Shown one piece after another: positions 18,772-28,401 of a DNA stretch of 64,000 bases (positions are counted from its first letter, which is position 1; each line of letters starts with the position of its first letter). The stretch covers positions 128,001-192,000 of the IMG/VR virus record IMGVR_UViG_3300025715_000009, one strand, 5' to 3'. A program made the translations under genes and the position numbers. This stretch comes from a virus (Duplodnaviria > Caudoviricetes). The notes beneath the pieces were generated by a model, which was not told the DNA's origin, did no database searches, and worked only from the letters and a program-made list of their open reading frames with translations.

Positions 18772-20538
18772 TCAAACTCTCCAAGCCAAATAGACAGAGA
18801 CTACAGGGTCATGAATTGCTTCACCAGAACCAGAAACATATGCCTGAATATAATCACCTGCTGTTATATTGATATTATCATTTGTTGAAGTGTATTCACC
18901 AGCAGTAAGATTAAACGTTTTAATAGAAGCAGGAAGACCATTTTTTCTAATTTGTATTTCTTTAGTTAAATTACCACCAGTTGTACGAGCAGTCACCTTA
19001 GTTATTACAGCATTCAATGGAATCTTAAATCCTACTTCAGTTCCTAAAGCAGAACCAACTTTTAGATATTTACCACTTGCTGCTTGGTCTGCCCAATCAT
19101 ATCTTTGCTCATCAACACTTATCCATTTTGCTCTTGTTCCATCATAGTTATATAAGTGGCCATTAATAAATGCAATTTGTCCAGCAGCAAGACCAGATGT
19201 TGGGGCTGCTGTTTGTTGTGTCAATTCTAATGGTGCATAAGTAGCAGATGTGGCATCTAATTTAACAGAACCAGAATCAACTATTACTACTCTACCAGAA
19301 CCACCACCTGTAGGACCATCATAAACTTCATCTAATGTATCAGCACCTGATGCTAATGAACGAACTTCATTCAATGCACCAATGATTGATGTTGCTGTAT
19401 AACCAACAAGACCAGTTGTTCCTGTTTGTGATAATGCAATAGGAGAAGACAAGAATTGATCTTTAAAAGTTAATGCACTTGCAGATGAGATAGCAATGTT
19501 GCCAGAAGTGAGAGTTGATAAGGTTAATGTATTACCAGTAACAGACAAATTAGAAGCAGATGTAGCATCTAAAGTTATTGCTCCACCATTCACATCTAAT
19601 GATCCATTAATTTGAGTAGTTGTTCCAGTTACTTTTAATGATTGTGTAGCACCAGAAGATACAATAAATGATCTGCCAGATGATAATTGGAAATCAACAT
19701 CAGTTGTGTCTACTGTTACAATTGATCCATCATCATAAGCATCATTCAATGAATGAGTAATATCCAAAGTTCCATTAACTATATTATCAATATCACCTTG
19801 TAATTCATATAAAGCAGATTGAACATTAGTTGATGCTAAATTACCAGATGGGGTGACAGAAATAGAATTTGATGCTCCCCAATCAATATCGGCTATTTTA
19901 ACCCATTGATCTGACCAAGCACCAGAAGTAGCCACGCAAACATATTGAGCTGGCTTGCCATCACCATCATCAGCTACCATTCTGGCATCATTTACTACGT
20001 TACCAGTAACAGGAAGAACAGTTCCAGAACCATAACTTGTATCTGTTCTATCAACTGGTTCTTTCCAACTTAACGCACCAAATTGTGGAGCATTAGTAAT
20101 ATTATCCCAGTGAACAGCTACTGTACCTGTATTGGAATTACTTAGTTGTGTTTTTGTGTAATATCTTGTATCGTGATTGTGTAATGCAGTACCAGAAGAA
20201 GCATCTCCGCCATTTGTTAGTCTTTCTAACTCTGCACCAGTTACATCAGTATCATCATCTTTGCCAGAAACATAAGCAAAATCAATTTTATCAAATTTAG
20301 TAAGAGCAGTTAAATAATCAATAAGTTGAGTATAAGTAAGTGTTACTGCCCCAGATCCTTGATCAAGAGTTACCTCACCATCTCCTGCCATTGCTGTTTG
20401 GATGTCAGTAGATTCAACAATATCTTCATTTCTATAATTTAATAAAAGATCTGTTTCTTCCCCTGCTTCCAAATAGATACCAAGATCAGAAACTTCTAAA
20501 GCAACTGATCCTGTATTTTTAAATAATAGTATATCCAT
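18772..20538 (-). CDS. Virion fibre/structural protein (DLG N-module plus AWR C-domain)
   Basis: Modules shared with 33210 (DDGDGKxAQYV...KIADxDWG) and other paralogues. Confidence 0.8.
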   Translation of the reverse strand: MDILLFKNTGSVALEVSDLGIYLEAGEETDLLLNYRNEDIVESTDIQTAMAGDGEVTLDQGSGAVTLTYTQLIDYLTALTKFDKIDFAYVSGKDDDTDVTGAELERLTNGGDASSGTALHNHDTRYYTKTQLSNSNTGTVAVHWDNITNAPQFGALSWKEPVDRTDTSYGSGTVLPVTGNVVNDARMVADDGDGKPAQYVCVATSGAWSDQWVKIADIDWGASNSISVTPSGNLASTNVQSALYELQGDIDNIVNGTLDITHSLNDAYDDGSIVTVDTTDVDFQLSSGRSFIVSSGATQSLKVTGTTTQINGSLDVNGGAITLDATSASNLSVTGNTLTLSTLTSGNIAISSASALTFKDQFLSSPIALSQTGTTGLVGYTATSIIGALNEVRSLASGADTLDEVYDGPTGGGSGRVVIVDSGSVKLDATSATYAPLELTQQTAAPTSGLAAGQIAFINGHLYNYDGTRAKWISVDEQRYDWADQAASGKYLKVGSALGTEVGFKIPLNAVITKVTARTTGGNLTKEIQIRKNGLPASIKTFNLTAGEYTSTNDNINITAGDYIQAYVSGSGEAIHDPVVSVYLAWRV

Positions 20539-20589
20539 ATATCCTCCATATAAGATTTATATTATCTTATATCTTTTGAGGATAATGTT

Positions 20590-20826
20590 TTATTTAGATA
20601 GTAATAATAATTTAGCAATTAAAAATTCAGAATCTTGAGTTGGTTTATACCGCTTTTTAAATGCATCATAATCTTTGTTGGATATAAATACTTTCTCTTT
20701 TACTATAACAGTGTTATTTAATTTATTATATTTGAGACGACTAGCCCAAAATCCAGATTCAGTATCCTCTAATTTATTAAATAGAGTTATATGAGTCGTT
20801 GTTTCTTTGTAAAAAATTAACATCAA
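20590..20826 (-). CDS. Hypothetical protein, type-A C-terminal signature (LIAKLLL)
   Basis: ORF track. Confidence 0.65.
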   Translation of the reverse strand: MMLIFYKETTTHITLFNKLEDTESGFWASRLKYNKLNNTVIVKEKVFISNKDYDAFKKRYKPTQDSEFLIAKLLLLSK

Positions 20827-21088
20827 AAAATTCTCTTAATTGATCATTTTGAAGGATTGCTTTTGCAACAACATCTGATCCTTCATTTAATTCTTGAAAA
20901 GGTTTAATACGAGATAAAAATTTATCTATATCTTTAGCTTGAATTCTTGAAATATGTTTTTTGACAGCTTTTGTTTTACGATCAATATAAACACTAATGA
21001 TAACTGGGCCCATAGAAAGCATAAGAGGTCTATAAATTACTACATATCGTGGAGTGATTTTATGATAAATTTTATTTTCTAATTGCAT
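20777..21088 (-). CDS. Hypothetical protein, type-A signature (VVAKAIL); start revised to MQLENK
   Basis: GAGGAG RBS before ATG 21088. Confidence 0.65.
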   Translation of the reverse strand: MQLENKIYHKITPRYVVIYRPLMLSMGPVIISVYIDRKTKAVKKHISRIQAKDIDKFLSRIKPFQELNEGSDVVAKAILQNDQLREFFDVNFLQRNNDSYNSI

Positions 21089-21089
21089 A

Positions 21090-21395
21090 TTATCTCCTCT
21101 CCAATAGTAGTAATTCTTTGGCTGCCAGAATTTTATCTGGATAAGATTCAACTATATCTCTTGCTTGAGGATAATAATCACAAGATGGATCTTTATTCTT
21201 CATATAGAGCAGAGACAGCCAAAGCTTCTCTTCTGGGATTAGTTCCTCATTAGTAAAATCAAGCATTACAGATTGATGATTTATCTCAAGTATTAAAGTT
21301 CCAGCAATATAACATCCTCCAAACCCTGGGATATTATGATACATATTCTTTAGATGATAAATAAGATCTTTATGCTCTACTGTAATCTTACTCAT
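21090..21395 (-). CDS. Hypothetical protein, type-A signature (LAAKELLLL)
   Basis: ORF track; GAGG RBS. Confidence 0.7.
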   Translation of the reverse strand: MSKITVEHKDLIYHLKNMYHNIPGFGGCYIAGTLILEINHQSVMLDFTNEELIPEEKLWLSLLYMKNKDPSCDYYPQARDIVESYPDKILAAKELLLLERR

Positions 21396-22716
21396 AATTC
21401 CTCACAATTGTAAGACACTCATCAATAGTATGAACTTCGCCCTCAAGCTGTTTGTCCATAACAAATCCAAGAATCTCTTTGAATTTAGGACCAGGTTTCA
21501 TACCAAGATCAATAAGGTGTTTTCCGGTAAGAATAGGCTTAGGTAGCTGTTTCTCATTCTTCATCTTATCAGCAAGAGACTTGACAAAAGTAACACCATC
21601 CATTTTAGTATGAGCTCTCTCAGAATCAGCAGGATGACAAGAAAGGCAGTCAGCCTCAAAAAGAGTAATCAATTTATCAAAATGAGGTTGAGCAATGAAC
21701 TTGCGAACCGTTGCCTTGCGCATATCCTGCATAGTTCCAATCTGCATGTGGTAAGCTACAAGAGAAGTAATCATCTCTTTATCAAAATTTGAAGACTTCA
21801 TTCTCTCCATAATGGAAAGAGCAATATCAGCCCCAACTTTATCATGATTATGACAAGAAATATTACCATCAGCATTTACAACTGAAGTAGCAGGCTTGCC
21901 AACATCATGAAGAAGAGCTGCCCAAAGAAGATTAAGGTCATTAGTTCTCTCTCGAGTAGCATCTAAAACCATCATGGTATGTATGCCGCAGTTACCCTCA
22001 CTATGCCACTTGGCAGATTGCTCACAATTCCAGAGAGTAGATACCTCAGGAAGAATTTGATCAAGCAACCCAAGAGATCTGAGCATTTCAAAAGCAATTG
22101 AAGGCTTATCAGAGATAAGCATCTTATCAAGCTCATCTTTGATCCTCTCAATAGAGACATCATGTATGCGATGAGCATTTTTGCGGATTATATTTTTAGT
22201 ATCCTCGTCCATTGAGAAATCAAGTTTGGCAGCAAATCTTACAGCTCTAAGAATACGAAGTCTATCCTCATCAATTCTATCTTGAGCATTGCCAATAAAG
22301 CGGATAACCTTATTCTCAATATCCTGTTTTCCACCAACAAAATCCATGATCTTATCATTAAGAGGATCGTAGAATAAACCGTTGATGGTAAGATCTCGAC
22401 GTTGAGCATCTTCTTTAGGCGAGGAAAAAGAGATTGACTTAGGCCTACGACCATCTATATAATTACCATCATTTCTGAAAGTGGCAACTTCATACTCTTG
22501 ACCATCTATGAGAACCACAATAATACCAAATTGCTTGCCAACAGGGATGGTTTTTGAGAAAATAGACTCAACTTTATTAGGAGTAGCATCAGTAACTATA
22601 TCAATATCATGAGGCTCAAGACCTAAAAGCATGTCTCTGACACACCCACCTGCATAATAGGCAACATGTCCGTGAGAGGAAAGAGTTTTTACAATTTGAA
22701 GTGCTCTTAAATCCAT
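21388..22716 (-). CDS. cca: CCA-adding tRNA nucleotidyltransferase with HD domain
   Basis: GGCVRD, DIDIVT, EVATFR, RRDLTIN, EDRLRILRAVRF; HD domain LLHDVGKP. Confidence 0.93.
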   Translation of the reverse strand: MDLRALQIVKTLSSHGHVAYYAGGCVRDMLLGLEPHDIDIVTDATPNKVESIFSKTIPVGKQFGIIVVLIDGQEYEVATFRNDGNYIDGRRPKSISFSSPKEDAQRRDLTINGLFYDPLNDKIMDFVGGKQDIENKVIRFIGNAQDRIDEDRLRILRAVRFAAKLDFSMDEDTKNIIRKNAHRIHDVSIERIKDELDKMLISDKPSIAFEMLRSLGLLDQILPEVSTLWNCEQSAKWHSEGNCGIHTMMVLDATRERTNDLNLLWAALLHDVGKPATSVVNADGNISCHNHDKVGADIALSIMERMKSSNFDKEMITSLVAYHMQIGTMQDMRKATVRKFIAQPHFDKLITLFEADCLSCHPADSERAHTKMDGVTFVKSLADKMKNEKQLPKPILTGKHLIDLGMKPGPKFKEILGFVMDKQLEGEVHTIDECLTIVRNYE

Positions 22717-22751
22717 ATAGTTATTATATTACATAAATTCAAGCTCTAAAA

Positions 22752-23009
22752 CTAAAGGAAATACATTTCTCTTATTGAAACAAATGGTATGATAATTACA
22801 TCATCTTTAGTTGTTCTAAAAACACAATAATCATCTCCTACCATAATAAATTTTCCGCTATATTCGTTTTTATCTAAAATAATATAAACTGCTTGATTTT
22901 GAGAATATAGTTTATATATTAAAGAAGGAAATTCTCTTGGATAAGAGAATGTTTGAGCAGACAAAGATAATGATAAGATTAAAAACAAGAGAAAGATTAT
23001 TTTTTTCAA
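22752..23009 (-). CDS. Small secreted protein (signal peptide)
   Basis: MKKIIFLLFLILSLSLSA-Q. Confidence 0.7.
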   Translation of the reverse strand: MKKIIFLLFLILSLSLSAQTFSYPREFPSLIYKLYSQNQAVYIILDKNEYSGKFIMVGDDYCVFRTTKDDVIIIPFVSIREMYFL

Positions 23010-23377
23010 GCATATTCCTTTTCAATGATTGAAATAGCATGTTGAACACCAAGAGAGAAATCATCATTACCTGAAAATTCTTTTTTAAGATTTTCCAAGA
23101 TATTTTTCTTTGGTTTCTTTAACTCTTCTAATCTTTTAATAAAAGATTCTGCTTCTGGTTGAAGATGATATTTGTTAAGATCTTTGTATCTTTCAAAAGA
23201 GTAGACAGTTGTTTTTCTGGTTATTTTACCAAATAAACTTCTTTTATTCCAATAAACTTTAATATCATCAAACACATCTTCTGAAAAAGCATTGCGCGAT
23301 TCTCTTCTGATACAAACATCAAAATCAATAAAATTCTTTTCAATCTCTAATGGCAGAATCACACTACACCTCCACAA
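23006..23377 (-). CDS. Hypothetical protein
   Basis: ORF track. Confidence 0.6.
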   Translation of the reverse strand: MWRCSVILPLEIEKNFIDFDVCIRRESRNAFSEDVFDDIKVYWNKRSLFGKITRKTTVYSFERYKDLNKYHLQPEAESFIKRLEELKKPKKNILENLKKEFSGNDDFSLGVQHAISIIEKEYA

Positions 23378-24107
23378 ATTTAACTAAAGCATCAGCTTGA
23401 CGAGTTCCAGGGATGGGTACCATCTCATTAGTATTTACCACTACTTCTGCATGACCATAAAGGCGTTTTGCTTCATCATCAGCATGTTTGACAACTTGAG
23501 TATAATTATAATGAAGGCTTGCTCTCTCAATCAAAACATGATATCCACTCTTTGTCTGAATTACATGATAAATAACACCATGATTTTTGAAATCAGAACA
23601 TGCTTCTTGAACAAGCGCAATCTCTGGAACATCAAGATCAATATCAAGCAAAGAAAGTGTTCCTCTTGCCCTTTGATAACAGTTCATAAGCATGGTATCT
23701 AATTTAGCCAAGTTACCATAAGCCTCTGGATTGTCAGAGAGGTCAAAGAGAAGTTGATTTGTCTTCTCATAGAATTCCTTGAGAGCCTTTTTGCCAGACA
23801 CAGGATTGATGTTGGCATATACTACAAGACACTTGCTTGGAAGACGAATATCAGATCGAGAAGTATAAGCATCCTCATGAACTTCATAAGATCTTAGCAC
23901 CCTGAGAAAAGTAGAAAAGTCAGTCTTCTTGACCAACTTGCGGGCAAACATTTCTGTCCTTCCAAGATCAATCTCTTTCCTCTCTTCTGGTGTTAGATAT
24001 TTGTTTCGAGCAGATAGAGAGAGAAAGTAAGCCTCTTCTGGTTTAAGAGGAGAAAGAAGAGAATGGAAAAGCTTTACTTGTTCAATGTCATAAATAAATT
24101 CAGTCAT
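23364..24107 (-). CDS. Archaeo-eukaryotic primase (AEP)-superfamily-like protein
   Basis: hhDIDLD (motif I), TKSGYH (motif II), downstream PIPGT. Confidence 0.5.
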   Translation of the reverse strand: MTEFIYDIEQVKLFHSLLSPLKPEEAYFLSLSARNKYLTPEERKEIDLGRTEMFARKLVKKTDFSTFLRVLRSYEVHEDAYTSRSDIRLPSKCLVVYANINPVSGKKALKEFYEKTNQLLFDLSDNPEAYGNLAKLDTMLMNCYQRARGTLSLLDIDLDVPEIALVQEACSDFKNHGVIYHVIQTKSGYHVLIERASLHYNYTQVVKHADDEAKRLYGHAEVVVNTNEMVPIPGTRQADALVKFVEV

Positions 24108-24109
24108 AT

Positions 24110-25144
24110 TTACCTCTCAATGGTTCCACTTCCAATTACAATATTATTCTGATATAAAGCAACAATTTGACCTGGTGTAACACCTTTTTGTGGGATAGAG
24201 AAAACAATCTCATCTCCTACAACAGAAGACAAAATAGGAGTATGATTCTGCCTAATCTTGGCATAAATAGGATCATTTGTAATAGGAGAGAAAAAGAATT
24301 TGTTCATCTTTAATGAAGATGAAAAGATCTCTGCCTCTGTGGCTACAACAATTCTATTATTAACAGAATCAATCTCTTTGACAAAAAGAGGAGTAGTAGA
24401 TCCTACATTTATCCCCTTCCTCTGACCAATAGTATAATTAGTAATGCCAACATGGCGACCAAGAATCTTGCCAGTAGTATCAATGATGTCTCCTGGTATA
24501 GAAGGAAATAAAATCTTATATCCTGTTCCAATAAAATCTTGTGAATCTTTCTTGTCAGCAGTCTCAAGACCAAAATCTGCAGCCATCTTTCTGGTCTGCT
24601 CCTTGGTATATTCACCAAGAGGGAACATAACCTTATTTAAGATAAAAGGAGAAAGCTTGCTAAGAAAATAGGACTGATCCTTTTTAGAATCTAGAGCCTT
24701 ACAAACAAAAGACTTATCACCACATCTCTTAATACGAGCATAATGACCAGTAGCAAAATAATCAAATTCTATTCCACTCTTGAATACCTTATCCAAAAAA
24801 ACACCAAACTTGATTTTGTCATTACACATAACACAAGGATTAGGTGTCCTACCTGCATTATACTCAGAAGTAAAGTAGTTCATTACCTCAACACTAAACT
24901 CAGCAGATACATCAATTACATGATAAGGGATATCATGTTTAGCACATATACTCTTACAGGTGTCAATATCCTTGAGTTTGTCTGACCCATAGCAAGAAGT
25001 AGAATTAGCCAATTTATCACGAAGAGGATTATTAGGATTATATGTTTTCATAGTAATGCCGACAACATCATAACCTTGATTCTTGAGCAGAATTAAAGTA
25101 GTAGTAGAGTCAACACCACCAGATAGGCCTACGGCAATCTTCAT
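24110..25144 (-). CDS. mnmA: tRNA U34 2-thiouridylase
   Basis: SGGVDS PP-loop, GRTPNPCVMCN, ATGHYA, KDQSYFL, YTIGQRKG, TPGQ. Confidence 0.95.
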   Translation of the reverse strand: MKIAVGLSGGVDSTTTLILLKNQGYDVVGITMKTYNPNNPLRDKLANSTSCYGSDKLKDIDTCKSICAKHDIPYHVIDVSAEFSVEVMNYFTSEYNAGRTPNPCVMCNDKIKFGVFLDKVFKSGIEFDYFATGHYARIKRCGDKSFVCKALDSKKDQSYFLSKLSPFILNKVMFPLGEYTKEQTRKMAADFGLETADKKDSQDFIGTGYKILFPSIPGDIIDTTGKILGRHVGITNYTIGQRKGINVGSTTPLFVKEIDSVNNRIVVATEAEIFSSSLKMNKFFFSPITNDPIYAKIRQNHTPILSSVVGDEIVFSIPQKGVTPGQIVALYQNNIVIGSGTIER

Positions 25145-25320
25145 AGTATCTTTATTTTATATCGATCTAGCCAATCTCTAAAATTAAGTTTATCAGAATA
25201 AAATCCAATACTAACCCTTACTGGGAATTCTTTTCCTCCAAGCTTATATAGTTCTTCAGCTTGGTCATTAGTCATATATTTAATTTCTGGTAGGTTTTTA
25301 AGTTTGAATAGGGTTTTCAT
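25141..25320 (-). CDS. 59-aa hypothetical protein (not in ORF track)
   Basis: MKTLFKLKNLPEIKYMTNDQAEEL...RYKIKIL*; AAGGAG RBS; ATGA overlaps on both sides. Confidence 0.7.
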   Translation of the reverse strand: MKTLFKLKNLPEIKYMTNDQAEELYKLGGKEFPVRVSIGFYSDKLNFRDWLDRYKIKIL

Positions 25321-25643
25321 TTCTTCTCCTTGGTTAGAATATATTTTTTACTATTATCATGTCCATAAGCTGGAATTAAAAAGATCTTGTCTTTAAAAGT
25401 AGAAATATAAAACCCATGATCTGCCATAAATACCATTTCTTCTTTTTGGATCCAAGAAGCAGAAAAAGTAGAATCTTTTAAATAAACTTTATATATTCCA
25501 TCAGATTGAAATACGATTATTCCTAAATTGGTTGTCAACCCATCCCATCTTTCTGCTGATAAATTCCACTTGCCAGTAAGATTAACTTGAGCAAATAAAA
25601 AAACAGAAAGAAAAAGAAATAGGATAAAGAAAACCTTTTTCAT
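25317..25643 (-). CDS. Secreted protein (signal peptide), lipocalin-like LTGKW start
   Basis: MKKVFFILFLFLSVFLFA-QVNLTGKW. Confidence 0.7.
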   Translation of the reverse strand: MKKVFFILFLFLSVFLFAQVNLTGKWNLSAERWDGLTTNLGIIVFQSDGIYKVYLKDSTFSASWIQKEEMVFMADHGFYISTFKDKIFLIPAYGHDNSKKYILTKEKK

Positions 25644-25652
25644 GCTATCTCC

Positions 25653-26318
25653 TTATTTAAGAACAATGATTGGAGTGTTAGTATATATATCTTCATTTTC
25701 ATAAAATAATTCTATATTTAAATAATCAATGTTTGAAATTTGTTCATTTATTGCCATGTGAATAAAATCTTTCCAAGATTTATATTCTATCATAACATCT
25801 TGTTTATCAAAAGATTGGTTTCGCCATTTAAAAACATCTAAATTAGTCATACTAGAATGAAAGACAGAAGATATAATTGCTGCTTTTTTATTTTCATTAT
25901 TAATGTTTAAAATAGCAACTGGTATAATCATTCGACTAGATTCTGAAAAAATATGATATCCACCGTTTTTTAATTTATAGTCAGTAATAATTTTATTTAT
26001 GCCTTGAACAAGTTTTGTATTAAAATATTTTATATCCCTTGGTTTCCAATTTGGCAAATCACAAAATTTTATTTTAAATGATTGATCTTTATTATTACAC
26101 CATCCTTGACCAGTGATGAATCTTTCTTCAAATCTATCGTCAAAATGTGGTACTTTAACATATATCTGTAGAGATAAACCAGTTTTAGAATTTATTATTT
26201 TTTCATTACCAATTTTTCTAAAATTAGAACTATTTAACTCCTGTTGCGAGATTGTTTTATCTAATTGTTCTTCATTTAATGAAAAATTAATTATATCATC
26301 TAGAGTATATAGATTCAT
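25653..26318 (-). CDS. Hypothetical protein
   Basis: ORF track; HFDDRFEER motif. Confidence 0.65.
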   Translation of the reverse strand: MNLYTLDDIINFSLNEEQLDKTISQQELNSSNFRKIGNEKIINSKTGLSLQIYVKVPHFDDRFEERFITGQGWCNNKDQSFKIKFCDLPNWKPRDIKYFNTKLVQGINKIITDYKLKNGGYHIFSESSRMIIPVAILNINNENKKAAIISSVFHSSMTNLDVFKWRNQSFDKQDVMIEYKSWKDFIHMAINEQISNIDYLNIELFYENEDIYTNTPIIVLK

Positions 26319-26599
26319 ATCTCTCTATAACCCTTATTTATCTTTTCTCTTATTTTTCTTTCTAAAGAGCCGGCTACTTCAGCAGATTGAACAGCTTTAC
26401 CAATCCTTCCCCAATAAGCAAGATATTTAAATTTAGTAATTGGTTGGGCAGACCAGAATTTATAGTGCTCCTCTTGGGTGTTTACGAACACTCTGCCAGG
26501 AAATTGAAGTTTAAGTTTTGCTTCGTCCCAAATCTCAAGCTTTTCTGGTTTATCCATATTATGACAACTGCTCCTTTGCTTTTTTAACAAAGTAATCAT
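26315..26599 (-). CDS. WGR-domain protein
   Basis: HYKFW...AYWGRIGK..Q...KINKGYRE. Confidence 0.75.
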   Translation of the reverse strand: MITLLKKQRSSCHNMDKPEKLEIWDEAKLKLQFPGRVFVNTQEEHYKFWSAQPITKFKYLAYWGRIGKAVQSAEVAGSLERKIREKINKGYREI

Positions 26600-26819
26600 T
26601 GATAAATGGCATAATTTTGTTTATTTTCTTTATATTTTCCTCGGGTTCAACTATTTGGAAAAAATCAACCCAGGTAAGAGTTTTTTCTTGTACATGACCA
26701 TTACGCCATTCGATTACATCTACATAATCAGAGTAGATTTGTTGTACATAATACCAGACACCATCAGCCTTGAAGAGAGTAGAGTTATACTTCTCTCTAA
26801 GTATATCAATCAATTTCAT
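26559..26819 (-). CDS. Hypothetical protein (ends KAKEQLS)
   Basis: ORF track. Confidence 0.65.
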   Translation of the reverse strand: MKLIDILREKYNSTLFKADGVWYYVQQIYSDYVDVIEWRNGHVQEKTLTWVDFFQIVEPEENIKKINKIMPFINDYFVKKAKEQLS

Positions 26820-26833
26820 ATTAGGATATATGC

Positions 26834-26863
26834 AAAAAAAGAGGCTTTCAAAGCCTCTTTTTT
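26834..26863. terminator. Intrinsic terminator
   Basis: aaaaaagaggcttt-c-aaagcctctttttt. Confidence 0.85.
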
Positions 26864-26866
26864 AAA

Positions 26867-26983
26867 TTATTTCTTTTTAAACATTTCTTTTATAGAATCA
26901 AGAGCTCGTTGTATATCCTTAGGGAATGTAGCTCCTACAACTACTCCTGCCATAAAGAAAACAAGAATAACTACTACTATCAT
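26867..26983 (-). CDS. 38-aa single-TM protein (not in ORF track)
   Basis: MIVVVILVFFMAGVVVGATFPKDIQRALDSIKEMFKKK*; AGGAGG RBS. Confidence 0.7.
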   Translation of the reverse strand: MIVVVILVFFMAGVVVGATFPKDIQRALDSIKEMFKKK

Positions 26984-27597
26984 TGTATTGCCTCCTTTAG
27001 TGTTAATAATATCTTTCTATAATTATGTCTAGTAAACATATATCTTGGAATTAAAAATGGATTTATTTCTGATGTAATAGATCCTGAATCAACAGTATAT
27101 GCTTTTTTATATATTTTTTTTATCATATTAATTGCTTTATCGCAATAACGCCCTGTGGGATATACAAAATCAGTAATAGAAGAAGATAAAATATTTTCTA
27201 AAATAGATTTAGAGACATTTATCTCTTGCTCAAAAAAAGATTCATTTTCTGGAATAAGCCTTATATGATCAAAACCATGAGATGCTATAACACACTTGTT
27301 ATGCAAATCTTGTATTTGTTTTTCACCTAATTCTTTAGAATTAGCTGGAATAGCAAGCAAAGGATAGATCTCTCTAGGAAATAATATTTTTTCACAAACA
27401 TCAATTGTAGAAATAGAACCATCATCAATAGTAATATATATATTGTTTGAAGATAAATCTTCAAATCTAGAAACAAAAGTATATCCAAAATCTGTTAAAA
27501 TATTGATTATATTATTAAATTTATTAAGAGAAAAATCATAAATAGATTCTGTGTTTTGATCAAAAGAATGAAAACATAAAATAAAATTATTCATCAT
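26980..27597 (-). CDS. Polysaccharide deacetylase (NodB/CE4)
   Basis: ITIDDG, ASHGFDH, FVYPTG, IPR motifs. Confidence 0.85.
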   Translation of the reverse strand: MMNNFILCFHSFDQNTESIYDFSLNKFNNIINILTDFGYTFVSRFEDLSSNNIYITIDDGSISTIDVCEKILFPREIYPLLAIPANSKELGEKQIQDLHNKCVIASHGFDHIRLIPENESFFEQEINVSKSILENILSSSITDFVYPTGRYCDKAINMIKKIYKKAYTVDSGSITSEINPFLIPRYMFTRHNYRKILLTLKEAIQ

Positions 27598-27624
27598 TAT
27601 AATTACAATTAATTATATTTGGAT

Positions 27625-28392
27625 TCATATTTTATCCTTTTTAAATTTATTATTGACTTCTAACATATTATTTAAAATCTCTGGTAAGTATCCTGCTTTT
27701 TTACTTGCTTCTATAATAGCTGGTATATCTTTATTAAAACAATGTGAATCCCAATATGGAGCCTGTTCATACACATAAGTATTGGCAGGAGAGACACGAG
27801 AATCACAGATAAATAGTTCTCTTAATTCTATATAATCTATATCAAAAATTTTTGCTATTCTATAAAATTCATTTGCAAAACTAACTTGATTTGCTAGCCA
27901 ACAATTCTCCATGTATTTTACTAATTCAGCTGTTTTTGCATCAGTTTGGTTGATACGAAAATAAGCACTATGTATTAACATATATAATTGAGCTACTTGG
28001 TTTGTTAAATATTTATCACCACCTAAAGTTATAAAGTTCATTGGAGGAATGTCATTAGAGTGAGGCGTTATACCATAATATTCAGGCGAAAAGACAATAT
28101 CACAATTATATTTTTTTATTAAGTTATCAGTTGTTCCTGGTGGTATTGTTGATTTAATTATAAAAATTTTTACTCTATCTTTAAACTCTTGAACAACTTT
28201 ATCTACAATAGAAGTATCACAAGATCCATCAGATAATGACTCAGTAGGAACTGAAATAAATGCCAAATCCCAATTTTTGTCTTTATCTTGTAGTTGATAT
28301 AAAGGATCATGAATATCAGCCCATGGAAATTCTTTATATAAATGTTTTCCAACCATTCCATATCCTATAATTAATATTGTAGGTTTTTGCAT
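27625..28392 (-). CDS. UDP-glucose/GDP-mannose dehydrogenase family protein (no C-terminal domain)
   Basis: GYGMVG, VPT, IKSTIPPGT, SPEY, AELVKYMEN, HCFNKD. Confidence 0.88.
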   Translation of the reverse strand: MQKPTILIIGYGMVGKHLYKEFPWADIHDPLYQLQDKDKNWDLAFISVPTESLSDGSCDTSIVDKVVQEFKDRVKIFIIKSTIPPGTTDNLIKKYNCDIVFSPEYYGITPHSNDIPPMNFITLGGDKYLTNQVAQLYMLIHSAYFRINQTDAKTAELVKYMENCWLANQVSFANEFYRIAKIFDIDYIELRELFICDSRVSPANTYVYEQAPYWDSHCFNKDIPAIIEASKKAGYLPEILNNMLEVNNKFKKDKI

Positions 28393-28401
28393 ATTAACTC
28401 C

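Noticed and set aside
21000-26900. tRNA genes near cca/mnmA
   Set aside because: The intergenic gaps are too short or are filled by small ORFs, and no cloverleaf or TTCGA T-loop was recognised by eye.
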